A stretch of DNA of 64,000 nt from Polyangia bacterium (GTDB taxonomy: Bacteria > Myxococcota_A > Polyangia > Fen-1088). The number at the start of each line of letters is the position of its first letter. The stretch's first letter is position 1. The stretch lies in the NCBI GenBank assembly GCA_035696125.1, contig DASRQZ010000072.1, forward strand, positions 7,366 through 71,365. Reading direction: 5' to 3'. Made by a program: the position numbers and the translations under genes. This document shows, one piece after another, positions 1 through 13,004 of this stretch. The notes under the pieces are model-generated. The model ran no database searches. It was not told where the DNA came from and saw only the letters and a program-made list of their open reading frames with translations.

Positions 1-56
1 ACCCCGGCGACTGACGTGGGGGCTGTCCTCGGTCCCCTGCGAGCGCCAAACGCGCG

Positions 57-962
57 TTAGCTCTTCTTGCAGTAGAGCAGCGCCAAGGAGGGCTGCATCT
101 GATTGTGGGCCTGCCCGCCACCGGCCGCAGCCGTGGCGAAGGCGTGGGTATGGGCCGACAGAGCGTAGTTGGCGTCGGTGTAGTCGGTGAATGCCGAGCC
201 ACCGGTCCACCCGACGGCGTGATTGTTGGCGGTGTTCGCCCCCAGCGTCGTGTACACGACCCGGTATGTCATCGCGTTGCCGCCCGCGGTCGTCCCCGTG
301 TGGCTGTGCGCCGGGAGCTCGGCGACCGTGAGGGTGTGGGCCTCCTCGCCGAGGGTCTGGCCACGCGTGCGCGCCGACAAACCGTTGCCCCCGGCCGCGT
401 TGGTGCCGACGATGGTCCGCCCGCCGGCCGGCGCGAAGGGGGCCCAGCCCGCCGGGCAGGCGTCCAGATCGAACGCCATCACCGCGCCGGTGGGAACGCT
501 CGCCGCCTGCAGGCCGCTCACGGTGGTCCCGAGCGGCCCGACAGCCTTCGCGGCGCTGTCGGCCTCGAGCGCGTAGGGCACGGCGCCGACCTTGGTGCGT
601 CCCAGCGAAGCTCCGTCGACCAGCACCTCCGTCCACAGGTCGCCGGCGGCGTGAACCGCCGCCACACAGGCGTCGGGCAGCGGGAGCTGAAACCCGCCCG
701 CGATCAGGGTCACCGCCGTCGACGGCGTCTGGCAAACCGGCGCCGTGCCGTCAGTGGCCAGGTTCCACATCTGCAGCTGGACATTCTTGGTCCCGGTCAG
801 CGGGGTGCCGTTGGCGTCGGTCAAGACGCCCGCGTAGGTCATCACCGGCGGCATCACCGGGCCGCCCGCGGCGCGCGCTCCCCTCACGACATAGCCGGTG
901 GTCAGACCGGCCACCACCGCGCCCGCGACCACGACCCACAGCTTCCCGTTCTTGATCTTCAT
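57..962 (-). CDS. Phage tail-collar domain protein (tail-fibre-like, 'microcystin-dependent protein' family), secreted
   Basis: 302-aa product from the internal Met ([17 protein letters not shown]..., signal-peptide-like). C-terminal LPAHSHT/GTTAGG/HxH region is typical of the phage tail-collar fold. Gly/Ala/Thr-rich fibre-like sequence. Its ATG at 960-962 overlaps the stop of the upstream lipoprotein gene (ATGA). Confidence 0.7.
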   Translation of the reverse strand: MKIKNGKLWVVVAGAVVAGLTTGYVVRGARAAGGPVMPPVMTYAGVLTDANGTPLTGTKNVQLQMWNLATDGTAPVCQTPSTAVTLIAGGFQLPLPDACVAAVHAAGDLWTEVLVDGASLGRTKVGAVPYALEADSAAKAVGPLGTTVSGLQAASVPTGAVMAFDLDACPAGWAPFAPAGGRTIVGTNAAGGNGLSARTRGQTLGEEAHTLTVAELPAHSHTGTTAGGNAMTYRVVYTTLGANTANNHAVGWTGGSAFTDYTDANYALSAHTHAFATAAAGGGQAHNQMQPSLALLYCKKS

Positions 963-1330
963 GGCGTGATCCCTCCGCTGAGGCACAAAGGAGCGGCGCC
1001 GACCAGGCAAGTCGGCGCGCTCCGGATGCTGATACGTTGTCTGGCCACGCGAATGTCACCGGCGCTCAGGGGGGGCGCCGCCACCGTGGTCACTCCGCCG
1101 AGCAGCACGACGCCGACCGCGCCGGGAGCTCCGCCCACGCCGCCCGGATCACCCGCCCCTCCGACTCCGGCGCCGCTGACGTCAGACCGGTCAGACCCGT
1201 CAGACCCCGTCTCCGACTGACTGGTGCCCCCGTCGCGGGCAGAGCCGGGGACCTTGCCGCACCCCGCGGCAAGCGCCAGCAGACACCCGCCCATCACCAG
1301 ACCGCGGCCGAGCCGGAACTGCCCCCTCAT
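959..1330 (-). CDS. Small Gly-rich lipoprotein, translationally coupled to the tail-collar protein gene
   Basis: The internal start [27 protein letters not shown] gives a signal peptide plus lipobox (LAAGC). Gly-rich, low-complexity mature region. Stop TGA at 959-961 overlaps the downstream ATG. The ORF as listed extends to 1447, but the lipoprotein start at 1330 is more plausible. Confidence 0.5.
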   Translation of the reverse strand: MRGQFRLGRGLVMGGCLLALAAGCGKVPGSARDGGTSQSETGSDGSDRSDVSGAGVGGAGDPGGVGGAPGAVGVVLLGGVTTVAAPPLSAGDIRVARQRISIRSAPTCLVGAAPLCLSGGITP

Positions 1331-1469
1331 GCCGGTGATTAATTCAGGTATTCGGGTCGAGCTGTCAACGGATTTCGATCGCCCTCGCGCCCTCGCCCGC
1401 CCGATCCAGCGGCCGACGATCACGCCCTCCTGCACGCCCTCCTGCACGCCCTCCTGCCCGCCCTCCTGC

Positions 1470-2948
<1,479 letters not shown>

Positions 2949-3033
2949 TTAGCGACTCGCCCCGGGCGCTGCAATCGTCTTCTTGACCCGCGCGCGCCGT
3001 CGCGCCATGGCGATAATTGGCGCGCCGCTGCGT

Positions 3034-4143
3034 CTACCTGGCCTTGGCGGCGCCCACGCAGGACCTGGCGATGGCCTCGGCCTGCGCCTTGGCCTCGGGC
3101 TTGACGCCGGGGAGCGTGCGGAACTTCGCCAGCTCCGCCTGCGCGGCCGCGCAGTCGCCCCTGGCCACCAGCGTCTTGCCAAGCTCGTAGCGCGCCAGCG
3201 GGTTGGCGGGATCGAGCGCGACCGCGGCGCGGCACTCGGCGACCGCGCGGGCCTCGTCCTTGGCCTCGAACAACGTCCGGCACAGATCGGCGGCAAACGC
3301 GCCATTCTTGGGATCGAGCTTGCGCGCGCGCTGCTGGGCCTCGAGCGAGGCCGGGAGGCGGCCGCGCTTGAGCTCGACCCGCCCCAGCCGATTCCAGGCC
3401 AGCGCGAACCCGGGGTTGAGCCTGGTCGAGCGCTCCAGCGCCTGCTGGGCGTCGTCGTAAGCCTTCTTGTCCGACAGGATCATGCCGAGGTCGGCCCAGG
3501 CGACCGGGTCCTTGGGCGACAGGCGCGTCGCCTCGCGCAGGGCCCCGAGCGCGCCATCCACGTCGCCGATCCGCCGCAGGGCAGCGCCCAGGTTCAAGCG
3601 GTAGCTGCCGTCCCCGGGACGCAGTCGCACCGCCTCGCGGTAGGCGGCGACCGCTTCGGACCGTTTGCCGAGCACGTCGCGCGCGATGCCGAGGTTGTAC
3701 TGCGCCTCCGCATAGTCGGGCTTGGCCTTGATGGCCGCCTCGAGCTCGAGGCTGGCGCCCGCGGCGTCGCCCCTGGACTGCAGCAGCGCGCCCAGGTTGT
3801 TGTGCGCCTCGGCGAAGTCGGCGCGGTGGGCGATGGCCTGGCGGTAGGCCGCCATGGCGGCGGCCGCGTCGCCCTTCTTCTCCAGCGCGACCCCGCGCAG
3901 GTAGGGCGCGCGCGCGTCCTGGGGGTCGGCCCTGGCCGCGTCGTCGAAGGCGCGCAGCGCGCCCGCGGTGTCGCCCTGCTTGAACAGGCGCTGGCCGCGC
4001 TCCAGCAGCTCGCCGGCGCCCCCGCCCTTGTCGTCGGCCGCGGCCGGCGGGACGGTAACGACGGCGAGGGCAATGACCAGCAGCAGCGGCGCAGCCACGG
4101 GGACGGTGTGGGCGCAGCCCGGCATGGGGCCGGCAGCATACAC
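3034..4143 (-). CDS. Secreted tetratricopeptide (TPR) repeat protein
   Basis: N-terminal hydrophobic signal (PLLLVIALAVV) followed by ~8 TPR-like 34-aa repeats (AxxxYxxAlxxxPxxAxAxxNLG pattern). Start may be the internal Met at 4125. Confidence 0.8.
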   Translation of the reverse strand: MYAAGPMPGCAHTVPVAAPLLLVIALAVVTVPPAAADDKGGGAGELLERGQRLFKQGDTAGALRAFDDAARADPQDARAPYLRGVALEKKGDAAAAMAAYRQAIAHRADFAEAHNNLGALLQSRGDAAGASLELEAAIKAKPDYAEAQYNLGIARDVLGKRSEAVAAYREAVRLRPGDGSYRLNLGAALRRIGDVDGALGALREATRLSPKDPVAWADLGMILSDKKAYDDAQQALERSTRLNPGFALAWNRLGRVELKRGRLPASLEAQQRARKLDPKNGAFAADLCRTLFEAKDEARAVAECRAAVALDPANPLARYELGKTLVARGDCAAAQAELAKFRTLPGVKPEAKAQAEAIARSCVGAAKAR

Positions 4144-4152
4144 GAACTTCGC

Positions 4153-6849
<2,697 letters not shown>

Positions 6850-6882
6850 TGACGGCGGTCTGCGGGTACGGCACGGTTAGGC

Positions 6883-7359
6883 ATGGCAGAAATCGAGCTG
6901 GCGCCGCTCTCACACCGCCTGGACGACGACGAGATGAAGACGCTCGGGCGCCTGCTGGACGAGGCGGGCGTGCCCCGCATCGGCAAGGCCGACGAGCATT
7001 CGACCCACACCATAGCCGCTCGCCTGTCCGAGGAGGCGCTGACCGAGTTCCTGGATCGCCTCGACGCGCACGACATCGGCGCCGAGATCTATCTGCCGGT
7101 CGAGTTCGAAGGTCGGGTCACCGTGGGCGAATACCGCGTCGCCTCGTCGCAGCTGTTGCTCGACGTGCTGGAGGAGATGCGCGAGGAGCTGGACGTCGAC
7201 GCCGAGGATGAGGATGAGGACGAGGAGGAAGAGGAGGACGACGTCGAGGAGGACGAGGGCACCGTCATCGAAGCCCAGCTGCGCCACATCTGGCACCTGG
7301 TCGCGGACGGCGCGACCGAATCGATCGAGAAGAACCTGCCCCTGCACCTTCAGGTGTGA
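6883..7359 (+). CDS. Hypothetical acidic protein (poly-Asp/Glu tract)
   Basis: 158-aa ORF divergent from glnD. The DEDEDEEEEEDDVEEDE tract is atypical of spurious high-GC ORFs, which are Arg/Gly/Ala-rich. Its stop codon lies inside the first unit of the tandem duplication at 7345. Confidence 0.55.
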   Translation: MAEIELAPLSHRLDDDEMKTLGRLLDEAGVPRIGKADEHSTHTIAARLSEEALTEFLDRLDAHDIGAEIYLPVEFEGRVTVGEYRVASSQLLLDVLEEMREELDVDAEDEDEDEEEEEDDVEEDEGTVIEAQLRHIWHLVADGATESIEKNLPLHLQV

Positions 7360-7677
7360 AGGAACCTTGATCAGGTATCGCTCACGCTGACGGCCACGCC
7401 GACGCCGACGGCCAGATCCCGGATCTTCCCGTCCGCGTCGGCGTCGGCGTCGGCGTGGGCGATACCTGATCAAGATCTTCGTGTCACGCCCGCATGAAGA
7501 CGTGGGCCGGCACCTTCAGGTGTGAAGGAGTCTCGACCAGGTATCGCCCACGCTGACGGCGACGCCGACGCCGACGGCCAGATCCCGGATCTTCCCGTCG
7601 GCGTCCGCGTCGGCGTCGCCGTGGGCGATACCTGATCGAGATCGCTCGTGTCACGCCCGCATGAAGACGTGGGCCGG
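7345..7677. repeat. Tandem duplication (2 x ~166 bp, ~90% identical) of a convergent-gene intergenic module containing a (GACGCC)n hairpin
   Basis: Unit 1 is 7345-7510 and unit 2 is 7511-7677. Both begin CACCTTCAGGTGTGAAGGA, which is the last codons plus stop of the acidic-protein gene. Both end CGTGTCACGCCCGCATGAAGACGTGGGCCGG, which is the last codons plus stop of the minus-strand ATP-grasp gene. Each unit contains the long hairpin GATCAGGTATCGC..ACGCCGACGCCGACGG..loop..CGTCGGCGTCGGCGT..GCGATACCTGATC. Confidence 0.85.
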
Positions 7678-8694
7678 AATGCCGTCGCGGTACACCGCCC
7701 TCAGCTCGACCTTGCGTTCCAGATCGCGGATGACAGCGGCGCCGACGTCGATACCGTACAGCTCGTTGATGTTGTGGATGCCTCCGGGCGCGAACACGTT
7801 GATCTCCAGGATCTTGTCCCCGACGACGTCGACGCCGACCAGATAGAGACCGTCGGCCACCAGGCGGGGGCGCAAAAGGTCGCACACCCGCTGCTCGGTG
7901 TCGGTGAACTCGGCCGGACGCCGCGCGCCGCCGACATGCATGTTGCTGCGCACGTCGTCGCGGGGCCGCATGCGGGTATAGGCGGCGACGTGACCGCCGA
8001 CGCGAAAAGGCGTCCCGCCCAGCAGCAGCACGCGCTTGTCGCCCTTGACCACCGCGGGCAGGTACTCCTGCACGATCACGTAGCCGTCGCGACGCACGGT
8101 GGAGATCATCTGGGCCAGGTTCGCGGTCTGACCGCGCGCGACGTAAAAGACATTCTGACCACCGAAGCCGGCCAGCGGCTTGATGATCGCCGGCCCATCC
8201 AGCTCGCGCAGGAACGATCGCACGCGCTCGGCCGAACGCGTGATCAGGGTCTTTGGCCGAAGCTCGACTGGAAATCCAGCTAAGTACATCTTCGACCCCG
8301 CGCGCAGCAGGCCGTCCGGATCGTTGACGACCATGACGCCGTAGTGCTTGAGGCGCCGTCCGAAATCGATGGCGGGGTTGAACGTGTCGGCCTCCTTGGT
8401 CCCCGCGTTGGGATTGTTTCGCAGGAAAACCACGTCGAAATCTGTAAGCCGGGCCTCTTCGTGAGGCGCGTCGGCGGCGGTGATCGCTTTCGTGTAGGCC
8501 GTCGCGTCGCGCAGTCGGCCCGCGCGCGGCCGCACCAGATCCCCGAGAATATCGCTGCCTTCAGCCTGCGATAGCGCATCGACCGAAACGAAGGCCACGT
8601 CGTGGCCACGACGAGATGCGGCGAACGCGAGGTGCAGCGTCGTGTAGGTCGGCCGCTGCGTCCTGACGTTGTTGACGACGAAGCAGACACGCAT
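7651..8694 (-). CDS. gshB: Glutathione synthetase-like ATP-grasp ligase
   Basis: 347 aa. Colinear with E. coli GshB motifs: AIIKPLAGFGGQNVF (cf. IILKPLDGMGGASIF), YLPAVVKGDKRVLLLGGTP, GVDVVGDKILEINVFAP. N-terminal prokaryotic GSH-synthetase domain plus ATP-grasp. Confidence 0.8.
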   Translation of the reverse strand: MRVCFVVNNVRTQRPTYTTLHLAFAASRRGHDVAFVSVDALSQAEGSDILGDLVRPRAGRLRDATAYTKAITAADAPHEEARLTDFDVVFLRNNPNAGTKEADTFNPAIDFGRRLKHYGVMVVNDPDGLLRAGSKMYLAGFPVELRPKTLITRSAERVRSFLRELDGPAIIKPLAGFGGQNVFYVARGQTANLAQMISTVRRDGYVIVQEYLPAVVKGDKRVLLLGGTPFRVGGHVAAYTRMRPRDDVRSNMHVGGARRPAEFTDTEQRVCDLLRPRLVADGLYLVGVDVVGDKILEINVFAPGGIHNINELYGIDVGAAVIRDLERKVELRAVYRDGIPAHVFMRA

Positions 8695-8768
8695 GTATCG
8701 GCCGATCTGGCGTTGGGGGTCGGGGAGAAGGCGGTCAGTATAGCTGTGTCTTTGTAACGATTAATGGC

Positions 8769-8786
8769 TAAAATCCGACCCTGATG
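8769..8786 (+). promoter_or_regulatory. Candidate -10 element (TAAAAT) in an AT-rich island 9 nt upstream of the ATG at 8784; the transcript may be leaderless or have a very short leader
   Basis: A local AT-rich stretch CTTTGTAACGATTAATGGCTAAAATCCGACCCTGATG sits in an otherwise ~70% GC region. No convincing -35 at canonical spacing. Confidence 0.3.
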
Positions 8787-10460
8787 GCAGGCGATACGCT
8801 GAGGGGCATCGGCAAGAAGGAAATTGCCGAGGCTCTGGAGTCCTCCCCCGAAGCTGTCCCCGAACGCGCGACCGAATCGAATGGGTCGGTCCAGGCGCGC
8901 GACGCCACGGCCGACATCGACATCGAGGAAGGGCGACCGGTACGGTCCCTCGACCAGTTGCCCAGCGAACGCACCGGTCGACCAGGTGTTGCGGATGTTG
9001 CAGGTGTTGCGCATGTTGCAGGTGTTGCGGGTGTCGACCCCGCGGTCACGATGCTCGGTGGGCTGGCCGCGCCGGTCCCCATCGCGCCGGACATCGCTCC
9101 AGATGTGGCTCCCGATCTGGCTCCTGGTCCGGCCCCGGCGCTGACCCGGGAGCTGGCCCCGAGCCCGCTCGCGGATCTACCGGCAGAGCTGGTGGGGGAG
9201 CTTCCCTACCAGGCGACCACGGCGACACCGGTCCAGGTCGATGATGCCGTGCCCCTTGGCACCAGGCCGACTCCCCGGTCGGGGCCGAACCGAGTCTCGT
9301 TCGGCACCGTGATTGGCCACGAGATGCACGCGGTTCAGGCGCGCGTCGCGGCCGCCCTCGCCGAAGCTGATTCCAGCGCGCGCGGGACCGCCCACGGACG
9401 CGACGTGCATTTGCCGGCCAGCCCGGGCATGACGGTCAATCCAGAGCCGGTGGCCCTGGCCGTGTCCATTCCGGCGGTCGAAGCGTTGGCGGCCATCTCC
9501 GGGACCTCGCCGGGTAGCGCGGCCGTCGCCGCCCCCATCGTGCGCGAGCCGGCCGCTACCTCGTCGCGCGATGCGCTCAACGAATTCTCGGGCGGCGACC
9601 ATTCTTTCTTCGAAGCCGCGCCGGTCAACGACGAGTACGAGCCCGAGAACCCGCGCGGCCGGCTTTACACCCGGCTGGCGATCGCGGGTGCGGTGCTGGC
9701 CGTGGTCTCGGTGGTGGTGGTCGCCTGGGTCAACTCCCACGGCGGCGGCGAGGAACCGCCGCCGATCGAGATCAAGACCGCCGCCAGGCCGCCGGGCCCT
9801 CGGCCGGTCGTGCCCGCAACTCGACCCCCGGTTGCACCAGTCGCGCCGGTTTCCCCACCCGCGCCGGCCCCGGCCCCGGTGGCAGCCGCCCCGGCGCGCA
9901 GTAAAGAGCCGCCCCCGACCTCGACCATCCCTTCTTCGATTCCCGATGTGGTTCCGCCACCCCCGGTCGCTGCGACCCCGCCCGCCCCGGTGCGCATCGC
10001 CAAGGCAGCGTCCAGGGTGGCGGTCAGCGAGCCCAAGGCGCCCGCGGTCGCACCCCCGGCGGCAGCCCGCGAGGACCGCAAGCCCGCGCCGCCCAGCGCG
10101 TCCTCCGCACCGGCGTCGGCTGGCCGCGATCAGAAACCGGCGGTAACCCCCGCCAAGGCAGCGGACGAGCCGGCGCCTACCTTGGCGCGCGACAAGAAAC
10201 CCGCCGCGGTCGCGACCAGGCCGGCTGAGGCGGCGCATGTACCGCCGCCTCATCCGCGCGAGGTCGCGCATCCCCCGGCGCCGGCCCCGGCGACCAAGGT
10301 GGCGTCGTCGCCCGCCGCGCGCGCTCCCCGGCCCGAGACGCCGGCGCGCCCGATCGCCAAGCCGGCCACGCCCTCGCCCGCGCGCGCGCAGAGGGGCATC
10401 CCCGTGCGCGGCAAGGGTAAGTACGATCCCGACGGAACGCTGCCGCTGTCGTTTGACTAG
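8784..10460 (+). CDS. Bitopic membrane protein with a Pro/Ala-rich C-terminal region (hypothetical)
   Basis: 558 aa. One clear TM segment (LAIAGAVLAVVSVVVVAWV). Long PAPAPVAAAP-type Pro-rich region. Tandem hexapeptide repeats VADVAGVAHVAGVAGV encoded by an 18-bp DNA tandem repeat at ~8990-9045. Same strand as downstream pcnB. The competing 661-aa minus ORF is Arg/Gly-rich and antisense to pcnB. Confidence 0.55.
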   Translation: MAGDTLRGIGKKEIAEALESSPEAVPERATESNGSVQARDATADIDIEEGRPVRSLDQLPSERTGRPGVADVAGVAHVAGVAGVDPAVTMLGGLAAPVPIAPDIAPDVAPDLAPGPAPALTRELAPSPLADLPAELVGELPYQATTATPVQVDDAVPLGTRPTPRSGPNRVSFGTVIGHEMHAVQARVAAALAEADSSARGTAHGRDVHLPASPGMTVNPEPVALAVSIPAVEALAAISGTSPGSAAVAAPIVREPAATSSRDALNEFSGGDHSFFEAAPVNDEYEPENPRGRLYTRLAIAGAVLAVVSVVVVAWVNSHGGGEEPPPIEIKTAARPPGPRPVVPATRPPVAPVAPVSPPAPAPAPVAAAPARSKEPPPTSTIPSSIPDVVPPPPVAATPPAPVRIAKAASRVAVSEPKAPAVAPPAAAREDRKPAPPSASSAPASAGRDQKPAVTPAKAADEPAPTLARDKKPAAVATRPAEAAHVPPPHPREVAHPPAPAPATKVASSPAARAPRPETPARPIAKPATPSPARAQRGIPVRGKGKYDPDGTLPLSFD

Positions 10461-10559
10461 CGATCCCCGGACCGGCCTGGCTTGCCCTCTGCCCTCGCTC
10501 TTTGCCGTCTGCCCTCCTCGGCTTGCTGGTCCCCAAGGAGCGTGATAGGCATAACAAAA

Positions 10560-12104
10560 ATGCAAATCGCGCCGGATCAAATCGATCCCGACGCTGCCAA
10601 GGTAGTCCAGAGGCTGAGGCGCTACGACCACGCCGCGTACCTGGTAGGCGGCTGCGTGAGGGATCTGCTGCTTGGACGAAAGCCCAAGGACTTCGACGTC
10701 GTCACCAGCGCGACGCCGCAAGAGATCAAGCGGCTTTTCCGAAACTGCCGCATCATCGGGCGGCGTTTCCGGCTGGCACATGTCTTCTTCGGTCCGAAGA
10801 TCATCGAGACCTCGACCTTCCGCGCCAACCCGCGTGAGCTCGAGGAGGAGGATCCGGAGGCCGGCACCGAGGCGGAGAGCGGCGATCTGCTGATCCGGCG
10901 CGACAACGTCTTCGGCACCCCGGAGGAAGACGCGCGCCGCCGCGACTTCACCATCAACGGTCTGTTCTACGATCTCGAGACCGGCAACGTGATCGATCAC
11001 GTCAACGGCCTGGTCGATCTCGAGGCGCGGGTGGTGCGCACGATCGGCGACCCCGACATCCGTTTTCGCGAAGATCCGATCCGTATCCTGCGCGCGGTCA
11101 AGTTCGCGGCGCGCTGTGACCTCACCATCGAGCCCGAGACCTACCGGCGCATGATGGACCACCGGAACGACATCGCGAAGTGCGCGCAGGCGCGGGTCTC
11201 GGAGGAGTTCTATCGCCTGCTGCGCGCCGGCGCCGCCAAGCGATCGATGGAGATCCTGCTCGAGGCCGAGCTGCTCGACCTGCTGGCGCCCGAGCTGGCG
11301 CGCGGCCTCAAAGACGACCCCGACGCCGAGGTCGCCGAGCCCGACCCGGCCAGGGTCGAGGCGCAGCAGCGGCGGCGCGCGCGCCTGTGGGCCTACCTGG
11401 CGGCGCTGGACCGATCAACGGCGCGCCGTACGGTGGCGCCCACCAACAGCCTGCTGCTCGCGGTCCTGATGCTGCCTCCGCTACGCGACGCGCTGGATCC
11501 GGACAGCACCGGCGTCGGCGACATCGGGCAGGTGGTGGGCCAGTCGATCCAGCCGGTGCTGGAGCGCTTGCGCGCCTCCCGTCGCGACGGCGAGCTGGCC
11601 CGCCAGATCCTGCTGGCCATCCGCTACATCCTGCCCTCCAAGAACCCGCGGCGAAAGCGCCCGCGCCTGTCCGGACGTGAGTTCTTCGACGAGGCGTTGC
11701 GCCTGTGCGAGATCATCTCCGACGCCGAGGGCCTGGATCCCGCGCTGGCCGGCCAACCCCTGGTCGGCGAGGGCGGGCCGGCGCCCGAGGACGCCGCGGG
11801 GGTCGCCGACGATGAATCGGCGCCCGAGCTCGAGCCCGCCGACAACTTCGAGCGCTCGGGCCGACGCCGGCGCGGGCGCGGCAGCCGCGGTCAAGACCGT
11901 GAAGGCCCGCGTCCGGAAGGACGCGCGCCCGAGCGGCGCCAGGAGCGCTCGCCGCTGCCGCTCGCGGCGGCCGCCCGTGCGGAAGCCGGCCCGACGCTCG
12001 AGAGCCTGCTGGGCGCGACCGCGGTGCTGCTGCGCCCCACCAAGAAGGCGCCTTTCCTGGGCACCGGCGCCTTCGGCGGCCCCTGGAGCGCGAACAGGGA
12101 TTAG
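10560..12104 (+). CDS. pcnB: Poly(A) polymerase I / tRNA nucleotidyltransferase family
   Basis: N-terminal polymerase-beta-type nucleotidyltransferase motifs (YLVGGCVRDLLLGRKPKDFDVVT; RRDFTINGLFYD). RBS AGGAG 9 nt upstream of the ATG at 10560. Basic Arg-rich C-terminal tail typical of PcnB. Confidence 0.85.
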   Translation: MQIAPDQIDPDAAKVVQRLRRYDHAAYLVGGCVRDLLLGRKPKDFDVVTSATPQEIKRLFRNCRIIGRRFRLAHVFFGPKIIETSTFRANPRELEEEDPEAGTEAESGDLLIRRDNVFGTPEEDARRRDFTINGLFYDLETGNVIDHVNGLVDLEARVVRTIGDPDIRFREDPIRILRAVKFAARCDLTIEPETYRRMMDHRNDIAKCAQARVSEEFYRLLRAGAAKRSMEILLEAELLDLLAPELARGLKDDPDAEVAEPDPARVEAQQRRRARLWAYLAALDRSTARRTVAPTNSLLLAVLMLPPLRDALDPDSTGVGDIGQVVGQSIQPVLERLRASRRDGELARQILLAIRYILPSKNPRRKRPRLSGREFFDEALRLCEIISDAEGLDPALAGQPLVGEGGPAPEDAAGVADDESAPELEPADNFERSGRRRRGRGSRGQDREGPRPEGRAPERRQERSPLPLAAAARAEAGPTLESLLGATAVLLRPTKKAPFLGTGAFGGPWSANRD

Positions 12105-12118
12105 CCGGGGCAGTTACG

Positions 12119-12215
12119 GAAAAGCCGCCGACGCTGACGCCGACGCCGACGCCGACGGGTCGGATCAGAGTCCCTTCGTCGACGTCGGCGTCGGCGTCGG
12201 CGTGATCCGGCTCTT
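12119..12215. repeat. (GACGCC)n/(GTCGGC)n hairpin element between convergent pcnB and queC
   Basis: CGCTGACGCCGACGCCGACGCCGACGGG...GACGTCGGCGTCGGCGTCGGCGTGATCCGGCTCTTCCCGTC. Shares the core ACGCTGACGCCGACGCCGAYGCCGACGG and the GGMTCTTCCCGTC motif with the elements at 7366, 57130 and 61160. Confidence 0.8.
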
Positions 12216-12257
12216 CCCGTCTCCCGCGCCGCACGCGCCCGCCCGCCCCCGCGTCCC

Positions 12258-13004
12258 CTACCCCGCGTACCGGGTCGGATCCGCCACTCCCGCCTCCTCG
12301 AACCCCTTGCGCCGCAGCTGACACGCGTCGCAACCACCGCAGGCCGCGCCGGTCGAATCAGGGTCGTAGCAGGAGTGGGTGAGCGCGTAATCGACCCCCA
12401 GGCGCACGCCCGCGGCGATGATCTCGCCCTTGGTCATGCGGATGAGCGGCGCCCGCAACATGAGCGGCCGCTGCTCGACGCCGGCCCTGGTGCCGAGGCG
12501 CGCCACCTCCTGCATGGCCGCCAGCCACTCGGGCCGGCAATCGGGGTAGCCCGACGAATCCAGCACGTTGACGCCGAGGACGATCTCGGAGGCTCCGGTC
12601 ACCTCGGCCAGCCCGATCGCGTACGCGACGAAGATCGTGTTGCGCGCCGGCACGTAGGTCACCGGGATGCCGGCGCCGAGCTCGGCCTGGCTGCGCCCCT
12701 TGGGCACCGGGATCTCATCGGTCAGCGCCGAGCCCCCGACCGCGCGCAGGTCGAGATCGATGGTGCGGTGGCTGGCGGCGCCCAGCGCGGCCGCGATGCG
12801 CGCCGCCGCCGCGCGTTCGACGTCGTGACGCTGGCCGTAACGAAAGGTCAGCGCGTGGCAGCGCCAGCCCTGGGCGCGCGACATCGCCAGGGCCGTCGTC
12901 GAATCGATGCCCCCCGACAGCAGCACGATGGCGACGCCTGCGTGGTCCGATCCCACCGGTGGGTGGGCGGGGCCTGGATTCTCTGTCTGGTTCACGCGGG
13001 TCAT
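12258..13004 (-). CDS. queC: 7-cyano-7-deazaguanine synthase
   Basis: PP-loop SGGIDS. C-terminal zinc-binding CYDPDSTGAACGGCDACQLRRKGF (the Cx..CxxCxxC of QueC). ~230-aa core. True start may be internal (VAIVLLSGGIDS...). Confidence 0.9.
   Translation of the reverse strand: MTRVNQTENPGPAHPPVGSDHAGVAIVLLSGGIDSTTALAMSRAQGWRCHALTFRYGQRHDVERAAAARIAAALGAASHRTIDLDLRAVGGSALTDEIPVPKGRSQAELGAGIPVTYVPARNTIFVAYAIGLAEVTGASEIVLGVNVLDSSGYPDCRPEWLAAMQEVARLGTRAGVEQRPLMLRAPLIRMTKGEIIAAGVRLGVDYALTHSCYDPDSTGAACGGCDACQLRRKGFEEAGVADPTRYAG

Noticed and set aside
57-1330. Prophage at the window start
   Set aside because: Only a tail-collar-domain protein and a lipoprotein are present, flanked by guaB. There are no capsid, terminase or integrase genes in the window, so I treat it as an isolated tail-fibre-like paralogue.
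9177-11162. 661-aa minus-strand ORF
   Set aside because: Antisense to pcnB, which has clear polymerase motifs, and to the Pro-rich membrane protein. Arg/Gly-rich low complexity.
12258-13004. Possibility that this PP-loop protein is the missing LarE for the larB/larC pair
   Set aside because: It carries the QueC-specific C-terminal Cys cluster (CGGCDACQLR) and SGGIDS loop. It is 36 kb away on a different transcriptional unit. QueC is the better call.
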